From Antedon mediterranea (Eukaryota; Animalia; Echinodermata): 64,000 nucleotides of DNA. The position numbers and the translations under genes were made by a program. Under the pieces are notes generated by a model, which searched no databases, was not told the origin of the DNA, and saw only the letters and a program-made list of their open reading frames with translations. Shown piece after piece: positions 1 to 13,500 of the stretch (the stretch's first letter is position 1; each line of letters opens with the position of its first letter). The stretch covers positions 6,448,001 to 6,512,000 of the forward strand of contig NC_092674.1 in the NCBI RefSeq assembly GCF_964355755.1, written 5' to 3'.

Positions 1-1326
1 GCGGGGTGGTACGAACCGTGCGCGATAAGACGAACTAGGCTAGGCCTAATTTGTGTACAGGGCCTAACTACTACTCTACTAAACTTGCATGCCATTAGCC
101 CTAGCCTGAACTGTGTCGCTAACTTTTGATATATCATTATCAGTTTATATAATTCCTTACAGCCTGTCTTACCCGCAAAATGATAAAACTATTGAATAAA
201 TTGCGATAACAAATTTAAAGCATGGACAGTGTTTTGCTACTTGATGCCACCAGGTGTGATGATGTAATCAACCCACGTGGTCAAAAATTATAGAGGGCGT
301 TTAATACAATCATCTTATGAATATTTTATAACTCTATGAATATGCAAATGACTTTTTATTTTCAACTAATTTTGCAGAGCCGCTCAGTATACTGTTAATT
401 TGTGGATAAATTTTATCGTTAAATTTGAGACGTTCCACAAGAAATCAATCAGGGAAGAGTCACTCTTTCAAGAAATAACATTTTGTCACTGCTAGTATTA
501 GACGACTAAAGAAAAAAAAAGGTGATTATATCTTTTCATTTTCAATAATATATTTATTTATATCCTTGATTTACACAATATATTTGATATACTTAATCTT
601 GTCATATATAACATGATAAAATTAAAATGTTATTATTTTTTTCAAATTTATACAATTTGTTTGTTTTTAGTAATTTATATAAATTTATGAAATTAAAAAT
701 ACATATTTTCATACAAATCTCTATGATATTATAAAAGTGCATAAGTATTGGAAATTACACAAGTATTTATATTTTATTCCAAACATACAATTCTATTATT
801 CAATCTATACCTACTTTATTCAATATCTAAAAATAGATTTATCAATCATGAGGCAAAACTCTCCCTTAGCAGAAATGGTCCACATGCCTGTCCAGAGTGT
901 CAGCCCATAAAACACACAATTGTAATTTGATTATATTAACTGCCCATTAAATACAACCCAAGGGTACTATTAGGTCATTTACAACAAGGTCACCTGGACA
1001 ACTCATGAAAATTCCTACATGGTTTTCAGCAATTTCTGTAGTGAAGTGTCTGTCACACTCCAGCTGGCCTCTCATGTGTGTCAAGATAAAGAATCAGAAC
1101 TCGTAAATTGTTTAAAACAGACCAAGATTTATTACCCGGATTTTTTCAAAAACCCGGGTGAAATGGACTGATTCTGATAAGGGAGAGAAATGCCTAATGT
1201 GATTTTAAAATAAGATTATTGGATAGAAGATGTAGAGTTTTACACTTAAAAAAAAGACGAGGTAAGCGCCTTATGCTGGCTACGGCCCTGATTGTAGTAA
1301 TTAATACTAACTGGATAACACAAACA

Positions 1327-4300
1327 TCAGCTTTCTAAAACAACAGGTTCTGTGTCTATACTCATCCAGCCCTGCATTCTATTAATAGCCGCCTCTCCAA
1401 GAACACTTTTTAAACTTGCGTTCACACAACCAAAGATACCACCTACAAATCAATGCACAATGCAGTTTATAATCATTTCTTAAAGGTATGTTCAGTTAAA
1501 AAATTATGAAACATAGGGGAAACTATAAAGGCCCGCACCTGACCTTTAACATCGTACAATCATCTTATGAATATTATAACTCTATGAATATGTGTGTTCA
1601 GACTCACAGCATTAAGGTAGGATTATGTATGCAGCATACATATTTTTGTTTCTGAACTACATAGGTCTGTTCAGACAGCTATATAGCCTGTTTACACTAT
1701 CAACCTTTATGTTAAAAAAAAATTTGATGTGCCTATATGAACACGATGACATCATATCACTACCATATTTGGGCATATCACTACTTATACTTGTGCACAT
1801 CAAACTTTTTTTTTACAAACTAGTTTGATAGGGTAAGACAGAGCTTTAGTCATCCATTCATAACTGTAGTAAAAGAGGGCAGCTTTATAAGGTAATGACC
1901 TTCACACTATTAACGCCACCGTAGTTCTTGGGCTAATAAACCTAACACTGTGAGTCTGAACATACCCTATAAAAATTAACTCGCAATATCAGGTAATTAA
2001 CAGAATCAATCATGTTTGTAATGTTTATGATAAAGTTAGTACCATCCCCTCCATAGTAATTATCAGTGGTTGAGATCTGGGAGGGGATTGAGGACTGTTC
2101 GAGGTAGAACAAAACGCTTCCTTAATTCTTTTAGTCCATATTCAATCAGACTTTTTAATAAATTAATTCATTTTTTATCAGAGTAATGTTGTCGCTCTGT
2201 TGTATATTTTGAATTTTATTTGTATCTTTCTGTGTTACTAACCTTCAACTAATTTTGAGCAATTGTATGTCAACATGAATTTCCTTTTGGACAAGTACAA
2301 TAAATTGTACAGTAAGAGTAATGTTGTCACTCTGTTGTATATTTTAAATTGTATTTATATGTATTTTTCTGTGTTAGTAACCTTCAACTAATTTTGAGCA
2401 ATTGTATGTCAACATGAATTTCCTTTTGGACAAATAAAATGAACTATGAACTATAACCCCTTACCTGTGTGAACAAACAGAATTCTGTTGCCTTTGAAGG
2501 CTTGTGGATTTGAGGTGAGGTGTTTAACAAGACCTAATGCAGCTTTACTGGTGTATGTCGGGTCTAAAATGACACCAGTCTTCATCGACACATTCGTAAT
2601 GAATTCTTTAAAAAACAAACAATTTTAATTTAAGTTACAACATAGTTATAACTTATAATACACACCATGATTAAAACAATATCTTTACATGGCAATAAAC
2701 TTATCGGGGTGCGATTAAACTATAAAGTGGAACCACTTCTTTTCAGGGAATGCCTTTATTAAGGTGACACTTGACTTTGTTGGGTTGGTCCTGAAGGTAT
2801 TCCCTGTCTGCAATATTTCTTTTCGTACATAAGTTGAGGACCCTTCATGAAACGTCACAAAATAAACTTGAATATTCATTAGTCATATCCATAAGGTGTG
2901 ATGTAAGAATTGAGCTGACTACAATTCGCTAATGCAAATGCTTTCTGTCGAGCCGTTTGTGTAGTCGAGTGGATTAGACTATGGACTTTACATGTCGATG
3001 TATGGGGTTCGAATCCCATGACTAACTTCTTTTTACTTTATAGTGAGAGAGATTATTTAGAGGGTTAGGTTTAGTTATATTTAAGAAGTAGTTCTGCTAT
3101 CTTTAACATAAGGGGTCTCCAACTTATGTACAAAAAAAAAATCGCCCCTGTCCATCCCCTTAATGTTGATTTACAATGAAATTAATGATATTTATAAATG
3201 AAAATTAAACAATTTGTGTAAAGAGGTAACATGTATTATCTTAGATATTTTACCCAATTCTTCTGGAGTTGACTTAGCATATCCCAATCCTACAGAGAAC
3301 TCTACCACATCAATTAGCTCTTCGACAGTCACCTCGCCATCAAGGCCGATCTCTTTCAAAGTCTCTGTCACATGTTCCACCACATGAGCCTTGTCAAGCC
3401 GTATCACATACGCATGGATCCTAAAATTTAATACAGTAATAGTTTATTTAAACGATTCCAATCTTGGGTGTGCTCTTCTAAGTAAAGTAAAGTGCAATAT
3501 CACGACGGTCACATGGTTAATGGGGGAGAGGGGGCGTGAAGGGAGATGTAAACAAAGGCACTTTCTTACCGGAGGCGTGATCCTGTAAGGTAGTTAGCAA
3601 CTGCTAAACCCGTTGCTGTACCAGCACTACCCACAGCCACAGCTATGTCATCAAATCGATCAATAACTCCCTAAATAAATCAACAGATATCTTTTAGCAG
3701 ATTTTTTAACTAAAAAAACAATTGCACTGAAGAACTGAATTGAACAACAGGACACTGAGCTCTTTTGCTCTTTTAAGTCTCGCTGCAAATATCACAGTAC
3801 TGTACTATGTACATATTCTCCGCGGCGTGTGATGTCTGTTAAGGGGCGTGGAACTGATCGTGTCGTAGCCACAGATAAACCCTTTGATCTCCACAGCTCA
3901 GAATCCTGTTGTTAGGATTGTTTTGGAATAACATATATTAAAATATACCACAACAAATATTTTTAACATTAAAATTGTCAAATTAAGGTAATACATATAA
4001 AATTCATCTAGCTATGTTTCTGGAATAGTATAAAAGAATTAATATAGACACATACTTGTTGCATTAACTCACTCCAAGCATCTATATAACCATAGAGACC
4101 AATTGCATTAGAGCCACCAGCTTGTACACAATATGCTTTCTTGTTTCTGGATTTGCTAGTAAATATTCAAGAAATACTATTACAAACAGTTTGCAGGGAA
4201 AACATATGGTACATTAATTTTCAGTAATCTATAAAAACACACTATATTAGCCCTTTATAATATTATTACACTACAGTAAAATAAATGATAAAGCATCTTG

Positions 4301-5733
4301 CTGTAAAATAAAATTTAAAGTAAAGTAAATTTCTGAAATTGTTTCTACTCTGAAACAAGAAACTCTCCCAAATCCAGACTTTTCTTGAGGTTTAAAAGAT
4401 TCCATAATTGTACATATTGTAAACAAAAACAGTAGAACTCATTTTAAGGTGACATTTTCGAGACCAATAAAGAGTCTCCTTAATACGGGTGTCCACTGAA
4501 TAGGGATTGGCTGTTGTGTTATATATTGCCTATCATTTCATAGACAAGTAGTCTCCTTAATGGGGTGTGTCCACTGAATAGGGGTTGGCAATAGTGTTAA
4601 AACAAATATTGCTGGTCATTCACTTCACAGAGGGGAGGGGTGTCCCCTTAATAAGGGTGTTCAAAAGGAGGGGTGTCCCCTTAATAGGGGTGTTCCAAAG
4701 GAGGGGTGTCCCCTTAATAGGGGTGTTCCAAAGAAGGGGTGTGTGTTCCCTTAATAGGGGTGTTCCAAAGGAGGGGTGTCCCCTTAACAGGGGTGTTCCA
4801 AAGAAGGGGTGTCCCCTTAATAGGGGTGTTCCAAAGAAGGGGTGTGTGTTCCCTTAATAGGGGTGTTCCAAAGGAGGGGTGTCCCCTTAACAGGGGTGTT
4901 CCAAAGAAGGGGTGTCCCCTTAATAGGGGTGTTCCAAAGAAGGAGTGTCCCCTTAATAGGGGTGTTCCAAAGAAGGGATGTGTGTCCCCTTAACAGGGGT
5001 GTTCCAAAGGAGGGGTGTCCCCTTAATAGAGATGTTTCAAGGAAGGGGTATGTGTTCCCCTTAATAGGGGTGTTCCAAAGAAGGGGTGTCCCCTTAATAG
5101 GGGTGTTCCAAAGAAGGGGTGTGTGTTCCCTTAATAGGGGTGTTCCAAAGGAGGGGTGTCCCCTTAATAAGGGTGTCCCAAAGGAGGGGTGTCCCCTTAA
5201 TAAGGGTGTCCCAAAGGAGGAGTGTCCCCTTAATAGGGGTGTTCCAAAGGAGGGGTGTCCCCTTAATAGAGATGTTTCAAGGAAGGGGTATGTGTTCCCC
5301 TTAACAGGGGTGTTCCAAAGAAGGGGTGTGTGTTTCCTTAACATGGTTTTTTTTAAAGGATGTCCCAAAGGAGGAGTGTCCCCTTAATAGGGGTGTTCCA
5401 AATGAGAGGTTCTACTTTATCTAATTCCAACTTACTGTAAGAAGTTAGCAAGTTTCTTCATTCTCAAATCATCATGAAAAGAGTTTAATGGAATAAGATA
5501 CAACGATGCCCCCACTAGCATATCAATAAACACATTACCCTCACTCTGAATTTGGTCAGGATTCTATGAAATAAAAAGAAGTTTTACTAAAAATATCTTT
5601 GTTTATTTGATGAATTTATGATGAAGTTATAGATGTATTGTCCCCTAAAAACATGACAAATTAAGACTAATAAAAAAAAAGACTTTGGGTAGGCCATTTC
5701 TCAGTTTTAATAGTCAATTTGACTATTTTTTGC

Positions 5734-5766
<33 letters not shown>

Positions 5767-7019
5767 TAACAATTTATATAGCGCACCATCCACTAAAAGT
5801 GCTCAAGGCGTTAATCACAACACTGTTTGTTTATACTTTATTAATACCATATGCCTCAGCAAAAAGGTATGATTTTAATCATCAATTTGAATATTTTTTG
5901 CTGTAAATTACATTTTTTTAGGTAAATCATTTTTTTCGATCCAATTTGTGGTCAAAATGAATAACTATTATGTGACATTAAAATGGCATATTCATTAAAA
6001 TATATTTTAAAAAAAATTATTTTTCAGGGGGACAATATATCTTTAATTGGAATCAGCCAATAAGTTGGAGAGGAAATAATTCCTGTGAAAAATATGAATT
6101 ATGATATTATTAGGGATACCTACCTCATAGGGTGACCTAATGAGCAGGTGTGGTTCTAGGCCCACCTGCCTTGCTGCCACTGCTGTTGTTCTACAGTGGT
6201 TTGACTGAACATCACCAATAGTGATCACAGCATCACATTTCTTATGAATTGCATCACCCAAAAGAAACTCCAATTTCCGTGCCTGTTGCAAAATTATTAT
6301 TATTATTACGCAACACAATTGATTTACAATTGATTTACATATACACAATATTATTTTAAAAACCGTTGCATACTAAAGTTGGAATTTATTCTGACTAGTT
6401 TAGCCTCCACTGATTGTCAGGGCGTTTGTTGTATGAGAAAATGTATCTGGTGGTTGAAAATCTGCGATAATACCATATACAGCTCTGTGGTCTAGTGGTA
6501 TGATACTCACCCTGTAAGCGAGAGGTCGCAGGTTCAAATTTTACCTAATAAAGTAATATAAACATATATAATTAAACAAATATTCCTAACTCACTTTATT
6601 ACCACTCAATGTGATTCCTGTCATGTCATCGCGTTTTATAGAAACCTCAAATCCGTCTGGTACACCTGGAAGGTTCCATTTATAAATAGGGGTGAATGGT
6701 TGTATGAGCTGTAAGAAGAATACAATTTTGAAATTAAATCAAACCTGTAAAAATAAAGGAAAAGTACAAATTAGAGAAGAATGATGATAACCAAGAATGA
6801 AAACATGAAGAAAGGTTTGAGGAAAATTAACAAAATTTAACACATAAAGTTTGATAGTGTAGAAATAGCTTTAGATTTAATTGGTTAACAAACCTTTAAA
6901 CGAAATTGTGGGATGTTTTTCAAGCGTTTCAGCCAGGAGGGTGGGTCGTACGGGTACAACTTTGCCGGATCTGAACTTTCTTGCAAATAAGTCACTTCAT
7001 CAGGTTCCTTAGCTGTCAT
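1327..7019 (-). CDS. D-cysteine desulfhydrase / ACC deaminase family PLP enzyme, copy 1 (9 coding exons)
   Basis: GT-AG exons in continuous frame: 6894-7019, 6595-6708, 6124-6282, 5436-5563, 4056-4155, 3570-3670, 3255-3420, 2465-2605, 1327-1442. Motifs KRDDMTG..LSGNK|ARKLEF (PLP lysine), [35 protein letters not shown]. Confidence 0.92.
1591..1967. mobile_element. MITE with a second Harbinger-type MITE nested at ~1686-1844
   Basis: Inverted termini gtgtgttcagactcacag / ctgtgagtctgaacatac. Internal copy of the ...acactatcaa..ttgatag..gacagagct family. Confidence 0.6.
2808..3145. mobile_element. MITE containing a tRNA-like segment (inverted copy of 21515-21839)
   Basis: TIR ttcgtacataagttg(a/g)ggacc. 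Internal box A/B-like tagtcgagtgg ... ggttcgaatccc at ~2962-3017. Confidence 0.7.
4430..5417. repeat. Tc1/mariner-like MITE (CAGTAGAAC termini) with expanded ~33-bp GC-rich minisatellite (4630-5400)
   Basis: About 20 units of aggggtgtccccttaataggggtgttccaaag. Related elements at ~10675-10822, 13021-13322 and 52047-52203, some with TA flanks. Confidence 0.75.
6481..6540 (+). repeat. tRNA-derived SINE-like head (truncated)
   Basis: gtggtctagtggtatga ... ggtcgcaggttcaaat (box A/box B-like); the 3' acceptor strand is missing. Confidence 0.5.
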
Positions 7020-7385
7020 TGTGGTTCATAAACTATAAAAAAATATTACAAATTTAGAAATAAGATTGAAGCTGTCATTTTGACAATTATTTCTATTATT
7101 ATATTAGTAGAGTAGCGAGTAAACAGGGAGGTATAAAATAATACCTCCGTGCTGGAGTACAGTGATTAAAAATAAAATAAACTCTAATTTTAACGTTCAA
7201 ACATGGAGGTATACAAATATTTTTATACCTCCATGGTTCAAATGTGACAAGTACCCACTGGCCACATCATGGTGGCATACATCAAAGTAATAATTAATAT
7301 ATTATTTATTTAACTTTTTTCTTGGCGTACTGCTATTTGATCCAAAAAAAATTGGTAAATGTTTTTACAATTAATATAGGCCTAG

Positions 7386-9544
7386 GGGCAATTCCATGGT
7401 CACTCGCATTACACATTACAGTCATTTTTGTTAGTCTAAGCTTTGTACTTTCTATACTAATTGGATTTTTAAGTCAATGTTTTATATGAACATACTTTAG
7501 GTGCAAGTCTTTAATAAAATACTATAAAAAAAATTTTATGTCTTTTACTTCGACAATGACGCCATTGCGAAATTCTGTCACACGCATTACACAAAAAGGA
7601 CACAACAAAAATTTGATTAGATTTGATAAGAACGTGTCCTTAAACTAAAAATATATGAATCAAAAGATCTTATATTTTTAATTGCTGTACTTTTAAAGTA
7701 TAAAATAGGATAATAAAAAAATTCAACATTACATAGATTTTAAAAATATTTTACATTTTAACAAAAAAGTCCCGTCACTCGCATTACTGTCACTCGCATT
7801 ACCGTAAGAAGTGAACTTAGTATTTACTAAGCAAAGCAGAAAGAAAGGTAGACAATAATTAAATAATGCAACATTAAACCACTCAAAGAATGTTATATCA
7901 ATTTTCAAGTAAAAACTTTTATTTCAACTCATTTGGATGAAGTTCTAAAGGACATCATCTATTTTTAACACTAACAGAACATCTTGATTTTTTACAAACA
8001 CAGTAACAGAACACTTATACGGTCACTAAAAATGAAAATAGAAAATTCAAACAGCCATTTTACAAATTATGGAACTCAAAGTTCTTCGCAAACCAGCATC
8101 AAGCATTCTTTTTGCCCTGGTAGTGGCTTTAGCAAAGCCATAGCACTTCTAAAAGGTGAGGGCCCGTCTGATGCCAAAGCAGCCTTCTTTGCTCTGAACT
8201 AATAGCCACACGTTTTCTATTAGCAACTTTAAGAGCATCAATCTTCTGCTTCTTCAAAGCTGGTGGCAGAGCTAGAATTTTCTCTTTTCTTTTACTTTTT
8301 TACTTCTTTTCGAAATTTCATTTTGTTTGTTTCTGTGTGAGATGTATTTTCCCTCGGCTTTCAGTTTTTCTAGGTACTTTCTCTGTCGTTCGGCCATTTC
8401 TAAAGGCAGGATGCAAATGTGAATGATAATTTAAAATTATTTTTAAATAATAAGCAATTATATATTTTGTTTTTAAAACTACAATGCTTTAGACCTGGTG
8501 GTATAAAATATGCCTAGTAAATAATAATATATAAATAAATTATTATAGCCTTAGGCCTATGCGGTGTTTTCAAATTATAGAATTTGAAATAATTAACACT
8601 AACAATATAAGAAAAAAAAACTTAAAAATTGTGATTAAATATAAATGTATACTTATTCTTACCTTCACAAAAGATTGTACCAAATTTGTTAAATCTCACC
8701 AGATTTAGTGTTTTTTATTTAATGAGCTCTTATAATGATTTGATTTTTCAAATGATTTAACTGCAAAAAGGTCGTTGCTAGGGATTGTGCCCTCAACAAA
8801 CCTAATGCTATAATTATTATACTGTAGTGCCTCCAAATAAGGGCCAAATCACACATTGTATTATGAAATTAATGTATATACTAATTCTGGGACTAATTCA
8901 TAACTAATGATAGATTAATTACTATTTTACTTTACAAAAAAAAGAGTTTTAGTAATGTCACTCGCATTACATTGTCCATTTTTTAACGTCACTCGCATTA
9001 CATGTCACTCGCATTTCACTTTTCAATGTCTCAACAATTTTGTATTTACGGGGATTTTTTATTTTTATTTGTCAAATTTTAATTGTTCAAAGTAGTATAG
9101 CTAAATTATAAAATTTCATTAAAAAAAATTATCATCATGATGGTATAAAAAAAAAAAATCATTTTTTTTGTCACTCGCATTACATACCCTAATATATAAC
9201 AGAATACATAGCACTCCTATATGGGATATTCAACATTTGTAGTTATATCATATTTTCCATATCTTAAGTGTACTACCGTATTACTTAGACATGTTACTTT
9301 ATAAATATTACTTTGTTGGGAAAATAATAATCAGTTAACGTAATTACCTATTTTTCACACCTAAAAAAAAATATATATTCAACATTGAATAAACGTAATT
9401 TTTTGGCTGCAAAAAGTCATAAATGAATTGAAAAAGTTAAAAACCTAGTTCCCACATATTCAAAGAGTAACATAAACACAAATTTTGAGCTGACTAATTA
9501 ATTTGAATTTTTTTGGTCATGTCCATGTTTGCATGGAATTGCCC
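7386..9544 (-). mobile_element. Non-autonomous Sola2-like DNA transposon
   Basis: TIR GGGCAATTCCATG / CATGGAATTGCCC, 4-bp TSD CTAG (7382-7385, 9545-9548), repeated subterminal motif gtcactcgcattac. Decayed minus-strand coding remnant ~8090-8400 (MAERQRKYLEKLK...SPFRSAMA/AKATTRAKRML). Superfamily is inferred from the GRG termini and 4-bp TSD. Confidence 0.7.
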
Positions 9545-9548
9545 CTAG

Positions 9549-10200
9549 GCCTATCCTAAGAATTCCCACAGCCGAGCCCCTAATAATTATTATTATTAGT
9601 TTGCTAGGCCCTATTACTAGGCCTAGTATAATATTAGGCGTAATAACTAATTATAAATTAGGCCCAACTAGCCTTAATTAGTTAAGCCTGGCTAGGCCTC
9701 CTTCCAGTCGGACTGGAGAAGGTGTGTGTGTGTGTGGAGCAAAAACATCACAGCAGACACAACACAGACAGGTGTCTACTTTTATTTACTAGGCCTAGCC
9801 TAGGCTAGGCCTACTCCATCATCATGGATGGATGGTTGGAGGAAGAGGGCCTGAGCTAGCCTACTACTAGCCTAGGCCTAGCTAGTACTAGCCTAGCCTA
9901 AATAGGGCTAGTAGGCCTAGCTAGTTTAGTTAGTTAGTAGGCCTAGCCTAGTTTATCATGGTATGGTTATCCTCGGTTTTATTAAAAGGCTAGCAAAGGG
10001 CTGGCTATCCGATCTTAGTTTACCTAGGCCTAGGCTAGGCTAGATCATCTGTGTTTAGAAAACGTCGTACGCATCATCAGGGAGAGTAGAGTGCCTGCAC
10101 ATACGTACACGTATATACAAGCCTTCTATTCTCCTTCACGCTCCGATCCAGGGGCGGAAAAAAGGTAGAATGTTTGTCGCCCTCTATAACTGATTTTCTC
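9549..10200 (-). promoter_or_regulatory. Putative promoter/non-coding first exon of desulfhydrase copy 1
   Basis: AGGCCTA/CTAG-rich tract, minus-strand donor-like site ~10022, GC box ggggcgg at 10151, CGCCCTCTA at 10178. A splice acceptor lies just upstream of the copy 1 ATG (~7033). Confidence 0.4.
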
Positions 10201-10506
10201 TATTATAACTTGCTGATCGGATTTTTAGAAAAGTAGTGGTGGTGGTAGACTAAAAATGGACACATTAAAAACGAGTCACGCATTAAAACTTTAATGAATG
10301 AAATGTATTTATTAATATAAAAAAAAATTAAACGATTAATAATATAAATTCATAGATATATAATCAGATAGATAGCAATATAGTGTTACACTCTCAGTAT
10401 TCATTTAACTAATAATTTGACACATTATTTAAAGGGTTCTACATTTTTAATCAGTAGGCCTATGTTTTTAAACCTTTATAAACTTTAAGAAATAAATATT
10501 AATTAA

Positions 10507-13500
10507 TTAATAAATGGTTGGTTCACCATCAGGATTCATCCAGTTCTGCACTAGTGGATCGGCTCCCGAAGACTGGGTCAGTGTGTCACCGAGTTGCCCG
10601 TCGAACATGCCAAAGATTCCACCTAACATAAGACAATGAGAACAATATAATAAGTTTGATTGAAAACAACCATATAGTAAATAAAGGGGGCACCGCTATT
10701 TAGGAGACACACCCATATTCAGAGGACATCAATAGGTTTTAACACTATTGTCAGCGACTATTCAAGGGACACCTTATTCAGAGGATAACTTGTTGGGTCC
10801 CTTATTTAGGGTTCAACTGTACCTCCAATCCAAAATACAGACTAAAAACCCACCTGAATGTAAAAATAGTATTCTTCTCCCTTTAAACTTTGACCTGTCA
10901 CGCATGAGTTCTTTGGTTAATGCTAGTGCGGCCTTCCCTGTGTATGTTGGGTCTAGTAATATACTGCTTTCTTTAGCTACTGTTTTAATAAACTCTTCAA
11001 AATAGAACATAATAAAATATAAAAGATTTCATTTCACTTTTAAGACGTGAATAAATAGAACATTTTGGTGCAATATGTTGTCATGGTTACCACACAAAGT
11101 ACAAATCTTGTATTTCATTACACATTGTATTTCCTGTAGTATATCAGGGGTCATTTAAATGTGGATTTATGAAAGAATGGCCAATAAGAGAGGAAGATGG
11201 CAGGGAATAATTTCGCCAGTGTAGCATAGCAAAAAGCTATACAAAACAACCTTATTGCTACACATTTCTAAAATTGTGTAGCAAAAAAGACAATACAAAA
11301 CTATGTTTCTCGACTAAAAAATCAGTTTGATTAGCAATAATTGCTAAACAAAATTTTAAAATGAAATTTTTCCCTGGATGGACATGCCAGTTGCTTTCCA
11401 GGGAGGGAAAAGTAGGGCATATAGATCTAAAGGCAAATTACTGAAAAAAATACAATGCTGTGGGTATCAGTGGCTGGATCTCAATGGAGATACAAAATAA
11501 AAGCGAAAAGCTAAATCAAAACGAGAAGTAAACAGCCAGAAAAGTTAGCAGAGCTTTCGGGCAACATATATACTGTATATAATATTATATAAATATTCCA
11601 TAATATTGGGATGTTTTTCTATATCCCAAAAAATATTGCACCTAAAGCTCTGTTTAAACTTTATGTGACAAAAAATGTGATGTACCCTTATATGGACATG
11701 ATGATGTCATATTACTACCATATTTGGGCATATCACTACCATATTTGGGCATATCACTACCATATTTGGGCATATCACTACCATATTTGGGCATATCACT
11801 ACCATATTTAGGCATATAATACTTTTTTTAAAACTAGTTTGATAGTGCAGACAGAGCTTAAGATGAGAGGTGGGTGGCACTTTTCCTCACCTAATTCCTC
11901 AGGCTTTGAAATACCATATCCAAGTCCTTTTGCTCCTTCATGAATATTAATGATGCCCTCTGACCTCACCGTGTCAATACCGATACTATCTAGGGTTTCA
12001 TTTATATGGCTGTGAAAATATGCAGCTGTATCGCAGACAGCAAAAGCATGTATCCTGGAAAAAACAAATATTTGTTTTTTTTATTAATGTTTACGTCGTC
12101 TGCTTAGTTCCTGTTTTGGATGTTTACAATTCCAATTTTGTTTTATTAAAATATGATGAAAGTCAATAAAAATTAATAATAATTGGTGAGTTCATAATTT
12201 GTTTAATAAAACTATATTATATTAAATTTACATAGCATTCAGTACTAGACAGTGGATTCACTGGCGCTGTATTAACATCTAGTCAAATGTGGTGGAAATG
12301 TCTCCTAAGCTGTCTACACTATCAAACTTTATAGACAAAACAATGTGATGCGCCTATATATGGACATGGTGATGTCATATCACTACCATATTTGGGCACA
12401 TCACACTTTTTTGTTTGATAGTGTAGGCAGAGCTTTAAAGCTCTAAATTGTGTAACAGTTTTTCTTCACTACATTCATCAATCAAACTCTATTGACAAAA
12501 CAATGTGATGTACCCATATATGGACATGATGATGCAATATCATTACCATATTTGGGCACATGACAATTTTTTTGTCAAACTAGTTTGATAGTGTGTCACA
12601 GTTTTTCTTCACTTTACTTCATTCATCAATTGATTCAAAAGTTTTGCACAGGCGACAACAAATGATTAAAGCTCACAACTATTTTGGTGAATGTGGTAAA
12701 TAATGACTCCATACATGTTTTCAAGAAGGTTCCATGTTCGAATCTCGGTTGGTGCGACTTTTTCTCATCTTTACCGTTTCAATGTAAATTATTATTCATA
12801 TTTCTAGATTTGCATTATTTACCTGAGGTGTGATCCCGTGAGATAGTTGCCAATTGATATACCAGCTGCTGTTCCACCACTGCCCACCGTCAGTACAATA
12901 TCATCGAACCTGTTAATCACTCCCTATGATCAATCAATCACATATCAATCAATCAATCAATCAATATGTTTAGGGCAGATGATGTTTTCATTACTTTTAA
13001 ATGGGGTTAAAATTAAATAATACAGTAGAACCATTAATGGGGACCTTAAGCTCTGTCTGATGATGATGATGTCATATCACTACCATATTTGGGCATATCA
13101 CTACCATATTTGGGCATATCATTACCATATTTTGGCACATCAAACTAGTTTGATTGTGTAGACAGAGCTTAATGGACAAAGTATACACATAATAGGGTTG
13201 TTACCTAAATAGGAGTTGGCTGTAGAGTTAAAAATATGGTTTCCCTTGTTAATTTTATAGGAAAGTGTCCATTTAGGGGTGTCAACTGAATATTGATGTC
13301 CCAAATGATGGGTCCTACTGTATTATAAACAACATGCAAATAGTCTACCTGATCTAGCAGTTCTTGCCACCCATTTAAGTAACCATGGAGACCAGTAACA
13401 TTGGATCCACCAATAGGGATGGAGTATGCTTTAATACCCTTAGACTTTCTGGAAAAAAAAATACAGTATTAAAAAGCAATACATTATATACAGTATATAT

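Noticed and set aside
4585-5387. Several overlapping ORFs (GVPLIGVFQRR repeats)
   Set aside because: Translation of a 33-bp minisatellite lying inside an intron.
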